Of a stretch of 46,236 nucleotides of DNA, positions 1-7,291 are shown piece after piece. How positions within the stretch are numbered: position 1 is the stretch's first letter; each line of letters opens with the position of its first letter. The notes beneath the pieces are model-generated. The model worked only from the letters and a program-made list of their open reading frames with translations. It made no database searches and was not told the origin of the DNA. The translations under genes were made by a program, and so were the position numbers. The DNA is from Candidatus Falkowbacteria bacterium (lineage in GTDB: Bacteria; Patescibacteriota; Patescibacteriia; CAIXNZ01): the NCBI GenBank assembly GCA_963774955.1, contig CAVZGV010000001.1, positions 1 to 46,236 on the forward strand, in the 5' to 3' direction.

Positions 1-992
1 TACCATTCCCGCTTTTTACACCAACAGAAAAGTCAGACACTGATCCCTGGATACACCATGACAAGGTTGCGGCTTTGTACGGATCTATCCCTGAACGGCG
101 GGCCTTGCAGATCGGCATGGTGTCCCGTGGATTTTTGCAATCACGCGGGCTTGACCTGCTGGATTTCAAGCTGGAAATGGACAAAGACGGCAGAATCGGC
201 GATGAACCGCCGACACCTGATTCCAGTCGGATCGTGGATCTGGCCAACAGGATCGCCATGACCGAAAAGAAAAAGTTGGCTCCTTCACTGGACAAGGAAT
301 ATGTACGTTCTTGGGGTAAAACCAAAGGCATGCATCAGATGGACGCTTTAAGCGCAGAAGACATTGCCATGGTGCAAAGCTGGGGCCTACCCGACGATGT
401 AGCTCAGATGACAGCCATGATTTATCGCTACATTTTCTGGCGGGTCAGTGACATGAAACTGGAAAGATTTCAGAAGGAAGTTATGGGCATTCCTGATGCC
501 CGGCCGCCCAAGGTCAAGATCGCTGTGGTCATCGGCAGTAAAAGCGATCGGGATCAATGTCATCTAGGCTTGTCTCATCTTAAGTCCTATCAGGCTGATG
601 GATCAGCTGAGGTTGAACTTCATGTCATCAGCTGTCATCGCAATCCTGAAAAGCTCCAGGCTTTTGCCGAACTGACAAACGCGGATGTCATCGTTGCCGG
701 AGCAGGTTGGGCAGCGGCTTTACCCGGTATTTTAAAGGCTCTGCTGCGCAAGTCAGGAAAAGAAATACCGGTCATCGGCGTGGCTTTTGCCAACGAAGAT
801 CCCAGAAAGACACTGGCTGCTCAATTGTCCATCACTGAACTGCCTGGCAGTCCGGTGATCGTAGACAAAAACGGCCAGGCCTTTACTGGAGCAGACGGAT
901 TTTTCGCGGCCTGCGATATGGCAGTCAATGGGGAATTCTTACCCCAAAAGCCAGGCGCAAGCAAACCGGCAGAATTTAATCTGCCCTTATAA
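1..992 (+). CDS. purC-purE: Bifunctional PurC (SAICAR synthetase, C-terminal part) fused to a PurE-like domain; 5' end lies outside the window
   Basis: Frame 3 is open from nt 3 (PFPLFTPTEKSDTDPW...), so the TTG at 75 in the ORF track is not the true start. LLDFKLEMD...EPPTPDSSR matches the PurC C-terminal core. KIAVVIGSKSDRD...ISCHRNP...VIVAGAGWAAALPG...PVIGV matches the PurE fold. Confidence 0.8.
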   Translation, partial: PFPLFTPTEKSDTDPWIHHDKVAALYGSIPERRALQIGMVSRGFLQSRGLDLLDFKLEMDKDGRIGDEPPTPDSSRIVDLANRIAMTEKKKLAPSLDKEYVRSWGKTKGMHQMDALSAEDIAMVQSWGLPDDVAQMTAMIYRYIFWRVSDMKLERFQKEVMGIPDARPPKVKIAVVIGSKSDRDQCHLGLSHLKSYQADGSAEVELHVISCHRNPEKLQAFAELTNADVIVAGAGWAAALPGILKALLRKSGKEIPVIGVAFANEDPRKTLAAQLSITELPGSPVIVDKNGQAFTGADGFFAACDMAVNGEFLPQKPGASKPAEFNLPL

Positions 993-1006
993 GTCTTATC
1001 GTGCCA

Positions 1007-1033
1007 AAGGGCCCCACTCGCGGGGCCCTTTTT
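1007..1033 (+). terminator. Rho-independent terminator of purC-purE
   Basis: 9-bp stem AAGGGCCCC/GGGGCCCTT with loop ACTCGC, followed by a T run. Confidence 0.8.
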
Positions 1034-1040
1034 AAATTAA

Positions 1041-1125
1041 ATTACAAATCTACAAATATTATACAAATTATTACAAATAAATTGTCAATTTGTAGTTATT
1101 TGTAACTGATTTGTAAATTTGTAGC
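1041..1125. repeat. Empty word-array palindrome: 4x TACAAAT then 4x ATTTGTA
   Basis: TACAAAT starts at 1043, 1051, 1062, 1072. ATTTGTA starts at 1088, 1098, 1109, 1117. Spacings mirror each other (8, 11, 10 versus 10, 11, 8) around a centre near 1083. Confidence 0.85.
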
Positions 1126-1183
1126 TTTATCTGTTAAAATAAGAGTACAATCATGGGAATAAATCTGACCATGATTTTATATT

Positions 1184-3187
1184 ATGAAGCAATACAAATT
1201 ACACTCAGAAGAATTTTGTCCGGCGAATTTCAAGATTGATTATCAGACAGAATTAAATAAGGAGCAATTGGACGCGGTCCTGCATGGCGATGGACCGTGT
1301 TTGGTTTTGGCCGGGGCCGGCTCAGGTAAAACTCGAACTTTGGTTTATCGGGTGGCTTATTTGATTGAAAAGGGCATTGATCCCAAGAATATTCTTTTAG
1401 TTACTTTTACCAATAAGGCTTCCAGAGAAATGTTAAATCGGGTGGAGGTTTTGCTTAAATGTCAGCCCAAAGGATTATGGGGGGGGACTTTTCATCACAT
1501 TGGTAATGCCTTGTTGAGGCGGTATGCGACCAAACTTGGTTATACCAATAAATTTAATATTTTGGATTCAGAGGATTCCAAAACAATGATTAAGGCGGTA
1601 ATGGGGGAAATGGGTTTGAATTTTAAAGAAAAGTATTTCCCAAAACCCGATGTAATTCGCGGGGTAATTAGTTTTTGCGCCAATTCACAGAAATCTGTCA
1701 GTGAAGTATTTGCTACCAAATATCGTTACCTGGATGAACAGTTAATCCCGATTATTGAAAATATTGCCAAAGAATATGCTCTGAAAAAAGCCAATAGCAA
1801 TACTATGGATTTTGACGATTTACTTACAAATTGGCTTAAACTTTTGCAGGAACATCCTGATGTAAAAAATAAATTAGCCAGCCAGTTCAAATATATTTTG
1901 GTTGACGAATACCAGGATACTAATAAAATTCAAAGCGAAATTATTTATGAATTGGCTTCGGTCCATAACAATGTTTTGGTGGTAGGGGATGACTGTCAGT
2001 CAATTTATTCATTCCGCGCCGCAGATATCAGCAATATTTTAAGTTTTCCCGAAAGAATGCCGGGCACGAAGATTTATAAACTGGAAACTAATTATCGTTC
2101 CTCTCCGGAAATTTTAGCTTTGGCTAACCAGTGCATCGGCAATAATTTAAACCAATATCAGAAAGCCTTGCATTCATTGCGCGAGCAAATGGCCCGGCCA
2201 GCTTTGGTTTCAGTGCAGGATGATAAGCAACAGGCTGAATTTGTCTGCCAGCGGATATTGGAATTGCAGGAAGAGGGTGGCTCTCTGAATGATGTCGCAA
2301 TTTTGTTCAGGTCATCATTTCAGGTCATGGAAATGGAATTGGCATTGAACAAAAAAAGTATTCCATATCAAATGCGCGGCGGTATTCGTTTTTTTGAGCA
2401 GGCTCATATTAAAGATGTGGTCGCATATTTGAAAGTTTTTAATAATCATCATGATGAACTTTCCTGGAAAAGAATTTTATTGCTTTATGACGGTATTGGC
2501 CTGGTCAATGCCGATAAGATTTGGAAAGAAATTAACCAAATAAGTGACATCAAAAAGACACTGGATCGCCTGCCGAATCTGGCAACTTCGGAAAAGGTCA
2601 GCCGAAGTTTGGATAAAATTAGGCATTTGTTTAAGGGCTTAATTGAGCAGGAGAAAGATTTTATTGCTACAGCTATCAGGCAAATTATCAAGTCTGATTA
2701 TGAAGTCTATATTAAAAATAATTATGATAATGCCAAGGACCGTTTGGAAGATTTAATGCAGCTTTCCAATTTTGCCCTAAGTTATGACAAACTGGAAGAT
2801 TTTTTGGCTGATGTCTCTTTGTCCGAAGGGTTTCGCGGGGAACAGATTGAAGGCTATCAGGACGGTCCGGATGAATCCATTGTTTTAAGCACTATTCATC
2901 AGGCTAAGGGTTTGGAATGGAAACATGTTTTTGTCATTGGTTTGGTTGAAGGCCAGTTTCCGCATTATAAAGTTTATGACCATCCGGAAGAGCTGGAAGA
3001 AGAAAGGCGTTTATTTTACGTGGCAGTAACCCGCGCTAAAGATGAATTGTATTTAACTTATCCCATATTTTCCTTTTCATTTACTACCGGTCAAAATATC
3101 AATAAGCGCTCAACGTTTATTTCGGAACTTGATGACAGTTTATTTGAAGTCTGGCAAGTAAATGAAGAAAATGAAAAAGATTACTGA
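1184..3187 (+). CDS. uvrD: UvrD/PcrA/Rep-family ATP-dependent DNA helicase
   Basis: Walker A AGAGSGKTRTL, motif II VDEYQDTN, VVGDDCQSIYSFRAA, TIHQAKGLEW, YVAVTRAKDELYL. Confidence 0.93.
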   Translation: MKQYKLHSEEFCPANFKIDYQTELNKEQLDAVLHGDGPCLVLAGAGSGKTRTLVYRVAYLIEKGIDPKNILLVTFTNKASREMLNRVEVLLKCQPKGLWGGTFHHIGNALLRRYATKLGYTNKFNILDSEDSKTMIKAVMGEMGLNFKEKYFPKPDVIRGVISFCANSQKSVSEVFATKYRYLDEQLIPIIENIAKEYALKKANSNTMDFDDLLTNWLKLLQEHPDVKNKLASQFKYILVDEYQDTNKIQSEIIYELASVHNNVLVVGDDCQSIYSFRAADISNILSFPERMPGTKIYKLETNYRSSPEILALANQCIGNNLNQYQKALHSLREQMARPALVSVQDDKQQAEFVCQRILELQEEGGSLNDVAILFRSSFQVMEMELALNKKSIPYQMRGGIRFFEQAHIKDVVAYLKVFNNHHDELSWKRILLLYDGIGLVNADKIWKEINQISDIKKTLDRLPNLATSEKVSRSLDKIRHLFKGLIEQEKDFIATAIRQIIKSDYEVYIKNNYDNAKDRLEDLMQLSNFALSYDKLEDFLADVSLSEGFRGEQIEGYQDGPDESIVLSTIHQAKGLEWKHVFVIGLVEGQFPHYKVYDHPEELEEERRLFYVAVTRAKDELYLTYPIFSFSFTTGQNINKRSTFISELDDSLFEVWQVNEENEKDY

Positions 3188-3411
3188 TTATGATGATAGT
3201 GACGGTGATAGTGATGATGGTGACACGATTGATTATGATTCTGACCAGCCGTTTAAGAAACATGAGTTTTTGAGGACGATAAAGTACGATTAATTCAGAG
3301 ATATACAGAAAATATTTTAGCAGGGAAAAAATTATAACTACTTATACCTCACTTTAGTGTGCGTCGTCCACTCAGTTCGGTGCCTGCTAAAGCAGGGTAT
3401 AAATTATATTT

Positions 3412-3438
3412 AAAAAAGCCGAGGTGATGAGCCTCGGC
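3412..3438 (-). terminator. Rho-independent terminator of the 3449..3919 gene
   Basis: 7-bp stem GCCGAGG/CCTCGGC. The plus-strand A6 run gives a T run on the minus strand. A near-identical copy lies at 4142-4168. Confidence 0.75.
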
Positions 3439-3448
3439 CTTGTCGGTT

Positions 3449-3919
3449 TTATTGAGATCTGATGGTTGCGCCTTTGAAAGGCCAACCTACACAGACAAAG
3501 ACATTGACTTTTTTGCCGGCGGAATTATCTGCTTTAATTTCAAATTTGGCGCAATCGCTTGAGGAACAGCCGCGTAAACCTACGGCTAGCCAATCCTTGT
3601 CCAGAATTTCTACATTGGTAAATCCTTGATTTTTCAACGCCCTAACAGCTATTTCCGAATTGACCAGTGTTCCTCTGAATAGTATTAGGACTAAGGTGAT
3701 CAGGATTCCTATAATGGCAAGAGTCTGCGCCAGTTTAATTAATGGGAAGTCGGTTTTTTTCCCCATTACTTCATGATTCCCGTGGTTATTTGATGCCGGG
3801 ATGTTTAGTTTACCCGTTTTTAAGTATTCGGGATGATTATCAAGTACTAGATTAAGGGCAGCGGTTAATGCATCATTATATTCGGTAAAAAAGCTATTAT
3901 TATTTACTTCCTTAACCAT
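3449..3919 (-). CDS. Hypothetical single-pass membrane protein
   Basis: ORF-track entry 3449..3928 starts at TTG. An ATG at 3919 (MVKEVNNN...) lies 5 nt after the stop of the upstream small ORF. One hydrophobic helix (LAQTLAIIGILITLVLILF). No motif recognised. Confidence 0.6.
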   Translation of the reverse strand: MVKEVNNNSFFTEYNDALTAALNLVLDNHPEYLKTGKLNIPASNNHGNHEVMGKKTDFPLIKLAQTLAIIGILITLVLILFRGTLVNSEIAVRALKNQGFTNVEILDKDWLAVGLRGCSSSDCAKFEIKADNSAGKKVNVFVCVGWPFKGATIRSQ

Positions 3920-3924
3920 TGTAC

Positions 3925-4017
3925 TCAAGGTGATTTCGCGGGGACTTTTTCTCTGGAGAAAGTCTCTATTTTTTGGGCTAAAATGATTACGGTTGCACTG
4001 TGGCGTTTGATTTCCAT
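3925..4017 (-). CDS. 30-aa upstream small ORF (MEIKRHSATVIILAQKIETFSREKVPAKSP), not in the ORF track
   Basis: AGGAGG lies 6 nt upstream of the ATG at 4017. Its TGA stop overlaps the TTG at 3928 (TTGA). The downstream gene has no Shine-Dalgarno of its own. Confidence 0.4.
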   Translation of the reverse strand: MEIKRHSATVIILAQKIETFSREKVPAKSP

Positions 4018-4087
4018 TGGATCCTCCTATTCCTCTTTATCTTTTCTTTATTGTTTTTTAATTTTTTAAATTTCAAATTTATCACCA

Positions 4088-4116
4088 ATATTAACATATA
4101 ATTTAATTTATGTCAA
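4088..4116 (-). promoter_or_regulatory. Sigma70-type promoter TTGACA-N17-TAATAT
   Basis: Minus strand reads TTGACAtaaattaaattatatgtTAATAT, upstream of the small ORF and membrane gene. Confidence 0.6.
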
Positions 4117-4141
4117 GTTTCGTACAAGATTGATCTGAATT

Positions 4142-4168
4142 AAAAAAGCCGAGGTGATGAACCTCGAC
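4142..4168 (-). terminator. Terminator of 4190..4510; degenerate copy of the 3412-3438 terminator
   Basis: taaaaaagccgaggtgatgaAcctcgAcTttgtGg differs from the 3411-3446 copy at 4 of 36 positions. The stem is weakened by one mismatch. Confidence 0.55.
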
Positions 4169-4189
4169 TTTGTGGCGTGGATTTTGATT

Positions 4190-4510
4190 CTATAGCTCGA
4201 TTTGATCAGGCCGGCAGTTGTTGAGATGAGCCAACGCGGCTTTGGCAGTTTCCGGTTTTAGCTCGCGGACAAAGACGTCACGCCAGTCGTCATGATCTTT
4301 GGTGACCTGGGGGGCAATCACGAAGTCCTGGCCTTCGGGGATTTCTTGAAATTTTACCCCTTCTAAGTCAGCTCCGAGTTTGGTGAACAGAATTACATTG
4401 AATCCTGTTCCACTTCTGGGCATCAGCTCAACGGCTGTTCTGACTGGCTCAGTCCAACCCATGTAAACAAATGCCATTTCCTGCGCCTTGCTCTGCTCTA
4501 GTCCCGCCAT
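4190..4510 (-). CDS. Hypothetical protein (106 aa)
   Basis: Full ORF with GGAGGG Shine-Dalgarno before the ATG, plus its own promoter and terminator. Visibly more GC-rich than its neighbours. No motif recognised. Confidence 0.6.
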   Translation of the reverse strand: MAGLEQSKAQEMAFVYMGWTEPVRTAVELMPRSGTGFNVILFTKLGADLEGVKFQEIPEGQDFVIAPQVTKDHDDWRDVFVRELKPETAKAALAHLNNCRPDQIEL

Positions 4511-4578
4511 GTTCTCCCTCCTTTGTGAATTTTTTGACAGACTAAATTATAACCTTATATTTGGATATTTTGATTATA

Positions 4579-4607
4579 TTTATATCATAGATTTTTAGCA
4601 TTGTCAA
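4579..4607 (-). promoter_or_regulatory. Sigma70-type promoter TTGACA-N17-TATAAA
   Basis: Minus strand reads TTGACAatgctaaaaatctatgaTATAAA. Confidence 0.6.
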
Positions 4608-4653
4608 AATTGTTTCTGCTTCATAAATATCTGAATTTGGTGTATAATAAAAA

Positions 4654-4702
4654 TAGATTTTGGATTCTAGATTTTAAGTTTTAGTTAGCAATCCAAAATC
4701 TA
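4654..4702. repeat. Word palindrome (TAGATTTTGGAT / ATCCAAAATCTA) in the likely 5' leader of the macro-domain gene
   Basis: 12-bp perfect inverted repeat, 4654-4665 against 4691-4702. An alternative register pairs GGATTCTAGATTTT with AAAATCTAGAATCT. The same word family occurs inside folD (7541-7582). Confidence 0.8.
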
Positions 4703-4729
4703 GAATCTAAAACACTAAAATCTAACCAT

Positions 4730-5224
4730 ATGATAGACATCGAAATCCAAAAAGGCGACATAACCAAAGTCCAGGCAGATGCCATTGTTAATCCGGCCAA
4801 TGCCATGGGCTGGATGGGCGGGGGATCAGCTAAGGCCATTAAAAATGCCGGCGGAAAGATCATTGAAGATGAAATAGTTAATAAAGCTCCTTTGGAAGTT
4901 GGGCAAGCTTTGGCTACCACGGCCGGCAAATTACCGTATAAGGCAGTTATCCATGCAACTACCATGGAAACTCCGACTGAAAAGGCTCTGGATTATAATG
5001 TTGAAATGGCGGTGCGCGGGGCTTTGCTTTTGGCTGATGATCAGGGCTTTAAAACTATTGCTATGCCGGGATTGGGTACGGGCATAGGTGATTTTCCCAA
5101 AGACAAAGCAGCCAAGATTATGATCGCAGAAATTAAAAAGCTAAATCCGATAAATTTACAGAAAGTAATTTTGATTGATCTTGACGAAAAGTTGGTAGAG
5201 GCCTGGCAAAAGGAATTGAAATAG
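4730..5224 (+). CDS. Macro-domain protein (ADP-ribose binding/hydrolase family)
   Basis: GDITKVQADAIVNPAN...GGGSAKAI...AVIHATT...IAMPGLGTGIGDFP are canonical macro-domain motifs. Confidence 0.85.
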   Translation: MIDIEIQKGDITKVQADAIVNPANAMGWMGGGSAKAIKNAGGKIIEDEIVNKAPLEVGQALATTAGKLPYKAVIHATTMETPTEKALDYNVEMAVRGALLLADDQGFKTIAMPGLGTGIGDFPKDKAAKIMIAEIKKLNPINLQKVILIDLDEKLVEAWQKELK

Positions 5225-5265
5225 GGAGTGGGATTTAGGATTAGAAAAATATTTTGTTTTTAGAT

Positions 5266-5300
5266 AAAAAAATGAGGCTCCTGGTTGAGAGCCTCTTTTT
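5266..5300. terminator. Bidirectional terminator between convergent genes
   Basis: 7-bp stem GAGGCTC/GAGCCTC flanked by an A run and a T run. Confidence 0.75.
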
Positions 5301-5315
5301 CGTTGGTCGGAAAGC

Positions 5316-5741
5316 TTAGGAGTTTTCCCCTGAACAGTGCTTTCTGAGGTGTAATATCAAGGGAAAGCCAATCATAAATGCTGTGAAAGCCAGAGTCAAA
5401 AGCCACATGGAAAAAATAAACGGGTCGAAAAAATGTTTTTGGAATTGTGGCTGGTTGACAAAGATCGCATACAGGCCGCCGAAAGTTACCAAGGCGTAAT
5501 AGAACGCGATGCAATCGGTAGCGATATGCACAAATTTTCTGGACAGGTTTTTAGTGTGTTGGTGGAAGAGTTTAATAAATCTTCCAATCATCATTGTCAT
5601 GCCCCAGGCTAAAGCCGGTCCGAAAATAAGGACGATCCAGAGGCCCTGGACAGGGTTGTTGACCGTGATCCCATAGTAGTAGCAAATGCCGGTGCCCAGA
5701 GTAAAAATCCATAAAAATAAAAAAGTTTTCATGTCTTTCAT
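5316..5741 (-). CDS. Hypothetical integral membrane protein (about 4 TM segments)
   Basis: Start moved to the ATG at 5741 (MKDMKTF...), which follows GGAGGA. Four hydrophobic segments. Confidence 0.6.
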   Translation of the reverse strand: MKDMKTFLFLWIFTLGTGICYYYGITVNNPVQGLWIVLIFGPALAWGMTMMIGRFIKLFHQHTKNLSRKFVHIATDCIAFYYALVTFGGLYAIFVNQPQFQKHFFDPFIFSMWLLTLAFTAFMIGFPLILHLRKHCSGENS

Positions 5742-5816
5742 TGCAATTTCCTCCATGATTCATTTGTTTCAAATAACAGATGATTGTTACATTTTATTCA
5801 AATTTATGATAGCCTA

Positions 5817-5845
5817 ATAATAGCATATTATATTGTATTTGTCAA
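5817..5845 (-). promoter_or_regulatory. Sigma70-type promoter TTGACA-N17-TATTAT
   Basis: Minus strand reads TTGACAaatacaatataatatgcTATTAT. Confidence 0.6.
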
Positions 5846-5846
5846 G

Positions 5847-5882
5847 TAAAAAGCGGGCTCCGCGAGGCGGGGTCCGCTTTTT
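5847..5882 (-). terminator. GC-rich hairpin terminator; copy 1 of 3 of a conserved terminator/-35 cassette
   Basis: agcgggctccgcgaggcggggtccgct forms an 11-position stem, with an A run before it and a T run after it. It abuts the TTGACA at 5840-5845. Copies lie at 6629-6657 and 7069-7100. Confidence 0.65.
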
Positions 5883-5900
5883 GGTTACATTTTTTTGACC

Positions 5901-6011
5901 TTACTTGACCCGTTTTTTGAGCCTGCGAGTGTAGAACTGGTGCAGACCCCAGCAGATTCCGCCGGTAACGGCCAAAATTGAGATTCCCTTATCCAGAATG
6001 ACTTGTTTCAT
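5901..6011 (-). CDS. 36-aa small hydrophobic protein (MKQVILDKGISILAVTGGICWGLHQFYTRRLKKRVK), not in the ORF track
   Basis: AGGAGGTG Shine-Dalgarno 5 nt before the ATG. It has its own promoter (6036-6064) and terminator (5847-5882). Confidence 0.55.
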   Translation of the reverse strand: MKQVILDKGISILAVTGGICWGLHQFYTRRLKKRVK

Positions 6012-6035
6012 TTTTCACCTCCTTGTGAATACTAT

Positions 6036-6064
6036 ATAATAGCATATTTTACTATCTTTGTCAA
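6036..6064 (-). promoter_or_regulatory. Sigma70-type promoter TTGACA-N17-TATTAT
   Basis: Minus strand reads TTGACAaagatagtaaaatatgcTATTAT. Confidence 0.6.
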
Positions 6065-6099
6065 GTTAAAAGCATCACGAAGAGCTTGTAAAATACACG

Positions 6100-6129
6100 A
6101 AAAAAAACGCTCCCAGGTTAGGGGAGCGT
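6100..6129 (-). terminator. Terminator of 6135..6566
   Basis: Stem ACGCTCCC/GGGAGCGT. The plus-strand A7 run gives a T run on the minus strand. Confidence 0.75.
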
Positions 6130-6134
6130 CAGGA

Positions 6135-6566
6135 TTATTTGCTAAACAGCCACTTTAGCTCGGCGTTACATTCTGCAAGAACGATTTTTAGCTGTTTAAG
6201 CTTTTTTTTGTCTTCACGAATGCGAGTTTTCAGTTTGGAAATTTGGCAATTTGCACAATCTTTTTTATCACGAAGATTGTAGGCTGCCATAGTTTTTTCG
6301 TAGGAGTCTATCTCTTCTATTTTTTTTTCGAGACAGTATTCGGCATATTTGGCTTTGGGGCCGATGCGGCCTTCGTAAAGCTTTACGGTTACTTGGCCAA
6401 GACCTTTTGGCTGAAAAATGATCCAATAATAGTAACCATAGTGCCAGCGACTTTTTTTGACTATGCCGAAGATAGCGTTACCGATACCTAATCCTTTGCG
6501 GCTACATTTGAGAAAAACAACATCTCCTGGCTTGTAAAGCGGTGACGGCAAGCTTCTCTTAGCCAT
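6135..6566 (-). CDS. Hypothetical protein (143 aa), C-terminal coiled-coil-like region
   Basis: Full ORF with GGAGG Shine-Dalgarno, plus its own promoter and terminator. No motif recognised. Confidence 0.6.
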   Translation of the reverse strand: MAKRSLPSPLYKPGDVVFLKCSRKGLGIGNAIFGIVKKSRWHYGYYYWIIFQPKGLGQVTVKLYEGRIGPKAKYAEYCLEKKIEEIDSYEKTMAAYNLRDKKDCANCQISKLKTRIREDKKKLKQLKIVLAECNAELKWLFSK

Positions 6567-6598
6567 TTTAACCTCCTAAGTAAGTACGTGTTGCCATA

Positions 6599-6626
6599 AA
6601 TTTATCATAAAATTAAATTTTGTCAA
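6599..6626 (-). promoter_or_regulatory. Sigma70-type promoter TTGACA-N16-TAAATT
   Basis: Minus strand reads TTGACAaaatttaattttatgaTAAATT. Confidence 0.5.
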
Positions 6627-6628
6627 GT

Positions 6629-6657
6629 AAAAAGCGGGCTCCCGAAGGGGGTCCGCT
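6629..6657 (-). terminator. GC-rich hairpin terminator; copy 2 of the conserved cassette
   Basis: agcgggctcccgaagggggtccgct preceded by a plus-strand A run. TTGACA (6621-6626) is adjacent. Confidence 0.65.
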
Positions 6658-6670
6658 TATATGTGCTGTT

Positions 6671-7003
6671 TTACTTTTTTGAGCTTTTTTGTCCTGTTTT
6701 TCTCTTAGGCTTTTTGTCGAATGGCGCAGGATATTTTTTAAAAAGAGTATTTAGCTCTTTTTTTGTTGGTATCCTGGGTTCAAATAGAAATAGTATAAGT
6801 TTGCGCCGCATCTGATCAGCCGTCGGGTTTTTAATCAAAGAACAAAGATTAAGCTCATAATAACTCTTGCATTTGGGACAGCGGTACACCTGAATAATGT
6901 ATTCTTCGTTGCAGGCGCATCTGCCTTTTCTTTTAATTTTGCCAGGTTTTAATACTCCTTGGCATTTGTTAACGCCGCAAGTCAGTTTTGGTTTCGGTTC
7001 CAT
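6671..7003 (-). CDS. Hypothetical zinc-ribbon-like basic protein (110 aa)
   Basis: Cys pairs CGVNKC...CAC...CPKC, a Lys-rich C-terminal tail, and GGAGGA Shine-Dalgarno. Confidence 0.55.
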   Translation of the reverse strand: MEPKPKLTCGVNKCQGVLKPGKIKRKGRCACNEEYIIQVYRCPKCKSYYELNLCSLIKNPTADQMRRKLILFLFEPRIPTKKELNTLFKKYPAPFDKKPKRKTGQKSSKK

Positions 7004-7036
7004 CTTTCCTCCTTAATGAAATTATGTATCTGCAGT

Positions 7037-7066
7037 AATTTAATCATTACATTAGGCCTTTGTCAA
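7037..7066 (-). promoter_or_regulatory. Sigma70-type promoter TTGACA-N18-TAAATT
   Basis: Minus strand reads TTGACAaaggcctaatgtaatgatTAAATT. Confidence 0.5.
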
Positions 7067-7068
7067 TA

Positions 7069-7100
7069 AAAAAAGCGGGCTCCGTGAGGTGGGGTCCGCT
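7069..7100 (-). terminator. GC-rich hairpin terminator; copy 3 of the conserved cassette
   Basis: agcgggctccgtgaggtggggtccgct. It lies downstream of the 59-aa ORF that ends the glyA-folD operon. Confidence 0.65.
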
Positions 7101-7111
7101 ATAGTTTTTTA

Positions 7112-7291
7112 CTATTCTATTCTAGGTGGAATAGGCGCTTCTTCCGGCAAAGATGCAAATTCATCGCTCTCAAGCTCAAGTCTTTGCAGCAGAGAGTCTG
7201 TCAGCAGCTGCCTTTGTTTTTGATCGCGTCGGATCATGATAATTGACAATATAACAGCCAAAACAGCTAGTACCAATAACACAATTTTCAT
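7112..7291 (-). CDS. 59-aa small membrane-anchored protein (MKIVLLVLAVLAVILSIIMIRRDQKQ...), not in the ORF track
   Basis: The ATG at 7291 lies 20 nt after the folD stop and follows AAAGGAGGG. N-terminal TM helix. Confidence 0.55.
   Translation of the reverse strand: MKIVLLVLAVLAVILSIIMIRRDQKQRQLLTDSLLQRLELESDEFASLPEEAPIPPRIE

Noticed and set aside
58-261. 67-aa ORF overlapping the start of the window.
   Set aside because: It is out of frame with, and entirely inside, the well-supported purC reading frame.
3185-3260. The run of in-frame TGA codons after uvrD could indicate UGA recoding (genetic code 4 or 25).
   Set aside because: All long conserved genes in the window (glyA, gatA, copA, recQ, murB, murC) are intact under the standard code and end at plausible positions.
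5836-7104. The conserved hairpin junctions between small genes could be integron attC sites.
   Set aside because: There is no intI integrase and no RYYYAAC/GTTRRRY core sites. Every gene has its own promoter, and the hairpins are followed by T runs like ordinary terminators.
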